Assembly: GCA_963664435.2 (NCBI GenBank)
Contig: CAXXKM010000001.1
Span: forward strand, 128,001-192,000
Length of the DNA: 64,000 bases
Origin: Longimicrobiales bacterium
Lineage (GTDB): Bacteria; Gemmatimonadota; Gemmatimonadetes; Longimicrobiales; Gaopeijiaceae
Direction of reading: 5' to 3'
The stretch's first letter is position 1, and the number at the start of each line of letters is the position of its first letter. A program made the position numbers and the translations under genes. Of this stretch, positions 61,101 through 64,000 are shown one piece after another. The notes beneath the pieces were generated by a model. It saw only the letters and a program-made list of their open reading frames with translations. It did no database searches and was not told the DNA's origin.

Positions 61101-61249
61101 TACAGGGCGTAAGTCATCGCCTCGAGGATCGAGGACTTCCCGGCGCCGGTGTCGCCGATCACGGCGATCTGGGTGCGGTCGCCGAAGTCGATGCCGACCT
61201 CGGCCCGGAAGGAACGCAGTCCCTCGATGGTGATTCGAAGCGGGCGCAT
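58118..61249 (-). CDS. sbcC: SbcC/Rad50-like SMC ATPase
   Basis: GDTGAGKS, LPQGRF, coiled coils with central CPVC zinc hook, LSGGEQF, LFLDEGFGSLD, ISH. Confidence 0.92.
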   Translation of the reverse strand: MRPLRITIEGLRSFRAEVGIDFGDRTQIAVIGDTGAGKSSILEAMTYALYGQTSLGGRSKQELMNDTSDVMRVVLRFRVAGGEWEVTRVDRRTGAGGLGPPRAQLVRYGPDGETLEKVEKVKPVNNRVQALIGLDSDAFLRTVILPQGRFARLLVEDAPSARTEILRQVWRTQDLEAAGEVAGRRLGEVGMLGLRLQDEVQRHPDDPEEHLADLTSKAEAASLKAGALAGLRDRSTQARDTLRTSEETIAAAGKASESVIPAAMDKLTDQLAPVEIEQRRIEAETTELEGQKASLKRELNGIPTDDGPDHHEIARTLDALDAIPAQVLNAVSAAATLREAIADEAEAERAHANAQRALTSATDRVTEHQALEPPFVQACRSARELLVTAERQYEKCSDLRDRRRSTEEALAGQEQGVDEVITRLDSARRDLQEARERLRRAERELSEAQRTNAAAAAAHDLCPGDECPVCQSDLPQGWTPPQDTGLDAAREAREAARSQTEEASGIVTNLETKQESGQQRIGDIRKELGDLRSKYSGALNQLLTAAGLDDAPSLSVDAALPDREQVLAPVQRQLEEADAKLSEHSTEAHRLGETQTNARIAEASARQTHVHARSNLDSIRDTAGEALGALNRSIQSIVPPYRPRLVFPSDPVELETVDITPVDRASYAAGEREKILQQRERNRKRLGTKIEETRTELRGLEETRKTEVEEPLQALVRALADHRTALADAVRDLAADISVPAAIYYPVDAESLREGIGHLREAMAEAVALAADQRRRALAAVEEAQSEARKIAEQLDPSADPTDLDALVQFTGRAATEADFNARTAKEALDAFAAILDDLLKLRQTANEVAALELALGDLDAALKPGAFLKWLTLRRSRDLLVYASRMLEEMTAGRYAFADPGDLADQQWLVVDNDSGQARSPASLSGGEQFIGSLALALGMVEMMARSGGRLESLFLDEGFGSLDRSNLDSAIEALSLVAGKGRMVGVISHVAAVAEQIDDVLAVTRGATGSQVTWLSRAQRQELARSDAGLEGASALAGLLE

Positions 61250-61253
61250 CCGG

Positions 61254-62561
61254 TCAGTCGTCCCCTTGGCGGCCGGGTTCGCTCGTGTGCGACCTGCCGC
61301 GGTTCCCGGCTACACCGCTTCCGGATCCCCCACGCAGCGCGGCCATGACTCCCTCCGCACGCATTGTGAGTTCGGTTAACCCGAAGTCCGGCCCCTTCTC
61401 GTCCCCCGACCCGGCGACGGCTTCGCGAAAGAGCGCCAGCACCGTGTCCCGGGGCGCCTTCTTGGCCCTGCTCGTCGCCGCCGTGCACCGCCACTCGACG
61501 AAGAAAGCTTCCATGGAGGGCTCGTCACCGTCCTCCGTCCCTGAGATCGGCTTGACGGGCCGGTTGGCCACTTCGTTCACCAGGTTGAAGATCACGCACT
61601 CGGGCGACCACTCGGCCACCTGGTCCGCCAGTTCGGGGATCGGATCGTCGGACTTGACCACAGCTTTGAGGAAACAGCTGTCCAACGCCCCGTTCGCCGC
61701 CCGCGCCTCCAGTTCCTGGAACGACCCGGTGAAGCTCCGCAGCGGCCGCCCCGGGGGCAGTTCCCGTTCGCCGATCCGAACGTCGTCGCCGATCGTGACC
61801 ACGACCGCGTGCTTGCTCTGGCCACTCTCGCCGTAGTCCAGCGGGATGAGCGACCCCGCGTACCGGCCACGTGCGCTTCCCGGAAGCTGCTGCGGGTCGT
61901 GGATGTGCCCGAAGGCGCAGTAGAGCGCGCGGTGCAGCCCCCTCGTGTGGGTGGCGTGGTCCCTGCCGACGGTGAACCGCCGCTCGGAGTTGCCGGGCCG
62001 CGCCCCGTCGACGTGCAGGTGCGCCGCATAGAGGACGATGCCTTGCTGGCCCGCAACGTCGCGCGCGCGCCCGACCACGTGATCGTTGAGGTTGCGGATG
62101 CCGTCGGCGTAGTCGCCCTCGAAGCGGGAGGCGTCGCCGGTGGCGTAGTCGGTGATCGCACCGGGGGGAATGAAGGGGACGCACGCGAGCGCGACGGGGA
62201 CCTCTGCGAGATCGTCGAACTCCAGGACGCGCGGCGAGGTGACGAACCAGAGGCGGCGGGGCGAGGCCATGCCCGCCATGTCGTCCAGTACATTAAACAG
62301 GGCGGTCGAGTCGTGGTTGCCGCTGATCACGACGGTCGGTGCGATCCTCGCCAGCCGCTGCAGGGCCGTGACCCCGAGCCGCAGCGCCGGGTAGGGAGGT
62401 CGGTAGGCGTCGAAGAGGTCGCCTGCGTGAATGATCAGGTCGGGCTGCTCGGAGGCGGCCACGTCCAGGAGCGCACGCAGCGCCGCTTGGTGGTCCTGCA
62501 TCCGGTCGTGGCGTCCCAGCTTCGCGCCGAGATGCCAGTCTGCTGTGTGAAGCAGCTTCAC
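61254..62561 (-). CDS. sbcD: SbcD/Mre11-like metallophosphoesterase nuclease
   Basis: HTADWHLG, AGDLFD, SGNHD, GHIH, RYAGS. Confidence 0.92.
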   Translation of the reverse strand: MKLLHTADWHLGAKLGRHDRMQDHQAALRALLDVAASEQPDLIIHAGDLFDAYRPPYPALRLGVTALQRLARIAPTVVISGNHDSTALFNVLDDMAGMASPRRLWFVTSPRVLEFDDLAEVPVALACVPFIPPGAITDYATGDASRFEGDYADGIRNLNDHVVGRARDVAGQQGIVLYAAHLHVDGARPGNSERRFTVGRDHATHTRGLHRALYCAFGHIHDPQQLPGSARGRYAGSLIPLDYGESGQSKHAVVVTIGDDVRIGERELPPGRPLRSFTGSFQELEARAANGALDSCFLKAVVKSDDPIPELADQVAEWSPECVIFNLVNEVANRPVKPISGTEDGDEPSMEAFFVEWRCTAATSRAKKAPRDTVLALFREAVAGSGDEKGPDFGLTELTMRAEGVMAALRGGSGSGVAGNRGRSHTSEPGRQGDD

Positions 62562-62569
62562 GGCGCGTC

Positions 62570-64000
62570 CTATAACTCCAGCTTCGGGCCCGACATGGCG
62601 GTCAGGTTGGAAAAGATCTCTTCCGTCCGCTCCCGGTCACGCGCCTCGTCGACTTCGGCCTCGTCCGGGTTGGTGGCGTAAGGTGGGAAGGGAAAGCGCA
62701 GGGGGATCGGCTCGGGCACGATCGGCTGGGACAGCACCATGGTCCCGGGCATGAAGCGCGACGCGCGCTCCCGAAGCGCGGAAGACAGGAAGCGGTAGGC
62801 ATCGGCCTCGTTCGCGTCGAGGCGCCCCGCCACCTTGAGCGACGCGTTGCGGGGGAGGGCCGGAGCGACTGCCGACGCAGCCTGCTGCGCGCCCACGAGG
62901 AGTACGCCCAAGGAACGTCCACGCTCGGCGATGTCGACCAGCAGCTCCCGCAGCGGTGAGTAACCCTTCGCGGGAGCGTACTTGTTGAGTTCGTCCAGGA
63001 CGACGAAGCGCAACGGAACACGTCCCGTCCCCTGCTTCTCGCTCCATACGCCGTCCAGCAGCGAGCCGACCACGAAGCGCTGCGCGTCGTCGTGCAGGGT
63101 GGAGATGTCGACCACGTGCACGCGCGCATTCTCGGACGACACCGGCGTGAGACCGCAACCGACCAATGGACCGATGTGCTTGCGCAGCCGCAGCAACCGG
63201 CGCAGGTAGGCCTGGCGGGTGCCCGACTGAGTGCGCCCGAACCAGGATCTGAGAATCTCGTCGTCGTCCCGGTTGGCCATCCTCTCGGTGAAATCGACGA
63301 ATCCCCCGAAATCCTCGATCACGTGGCCGGCACCCGCGCGCACTGAATCGGGCTCCTTCGCCGCGAGCCGGTCCGGGTCGAAGCTCGTGTCCTCAGGGAC
63401 GGTCGGGAGGATGACCACCGCGCCCGACTCCCCGCCCTCCAGACGGCGGAGGTGGCGTAGCAGCTGGATGCGGAACTGCTGCTCGATGAAGCCGACCTGG
63501 GTCGAGCGGTCGTCTTCGGAGGTGAAGCAGAACTGGAGCAGCTGGTCGCGGATGAACTGTTCCGGAGTCCATCCATAAGCGTGCACATCGCTGGTGTCGC
63601 GCGACTTGACCCCGGGCACGGTCCCCGAGACACCGGGCGGCCGCGGAGCGTAGAGGCGCACCGAGCGGAAGGGGCCGGGATCGCTGACGCCCAGGGCGTG
63701 CCACTGAGCACGGGCGTTCGGCCTGCCCGGGAACTCAGAGTTCGGGCGATCGAGGTGGAGCAGGTCCTCGCCCTTGGTATTGAAGACGAGCGCGCGCACG
63801 TTCTCGCGTTCGGCGCGGCCTCCAAGCAGCTCCATTCCGCCTTTCGTTTCCAGAAGCTGATAGAGGATGTACAGCGCGTACGAAGTCTTGGTCGCGACGC
63901 CCGAGATCCCCGAGATGGAGAAGTGTCCTCCTGAGCGCCCATCGACGAAGCGCATGTCTGCGTAGACGGGCTCGCCTCCCATGTCCACGCCGACCGGGAG
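62570..64000 (-). CDS. HerA-like (FtsK/HerA) ATPase, 5'-truncated by the window
   Basis: Variant Walker A SGISGVATKT, VFNTKGEDLL, FVVLDELNKYAP, ERGRSLG, GAQQ. Confidence 0.82.
   Translation of the reverse strand, partial: LPVGVDMGGEPVYADMRFVDGRSGGHFSISGISGVATKTSYALYILYQLLETKGGMELLGGRAERENVRALVFNTKGEDLLHLDRPNSEFPGRPNARAQWHALGVSDPGPFRSVRLYAPRPPGVSGTVPGVKSRDTSDVHAYGWTPEQFIRDQLLQFCFTSEDDRSTQVGFIEQQFRIQLLRHLRRLEGGESGAVVILPTVPEDTSFDPDRLAAKEPDSVRAGAGHVIEDFGGFVDFTERMANRDDDEILRSWFGRTQSGTRQAYLRRLLRLRKHIGPLVGCGLTPVSSENARVHVVDISTLHDDAQRFVVGSLLDGVWSEKQGTGRVPLRFVVLDELNKYAPAKGYSPLRELLVDIAERGRSLGVLLVGAQQAASAVAPALPRNASLKVAGRLDANEADAYRFLSSALRERASRFMPGTMVLSQPIVPEPIPLRFPFPPYATNPDEAEVDEARDRERTEEIFSNLTAMSGPKLEL

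Overview
High-GC bacterial chromosomal window; the gene content suggests Gemmatimonadota, which is an inference and not something I could test. Left to right: a YncD/PqqU-like TonB-dependent receptor; a ~9.6-kb accessory island flanked by a direct repeat of the thrC 3' end (sigma-54 two-component pair, TolC, duplicated MacB-type permease, adaptor, ABC ATPase and an internally deleted second permease); threonine synthase; an ECF sigma/anti-sigma/PDZ operon split by an intact IS630 inserted in a stop codon; a second ECF module leading a MacAB-TolC-type exporter; a long minus-strand housekeeping run (glyQS, NSS transporter, nth, HD protein, a 40-aa MetS-like protein missing from the ORF track, carB, HDAC-family deacetylase, M24 peptidase, priA, HNH protein); nfuA, several exported enzymes and an orphan Sfp-type PPTase; an HTTM-domain protein paired with a divergent AsnB-like amidotransferase; and a right-hand accessory block with an AAA+/DUF4143 gene, a vapBC pair and a HerA-SbcD-SbcC operon that runs off the window edge. 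No rRNA, tRNA or CRISPR array was found. All product calls come from motif recognition by eye; no database search was run.
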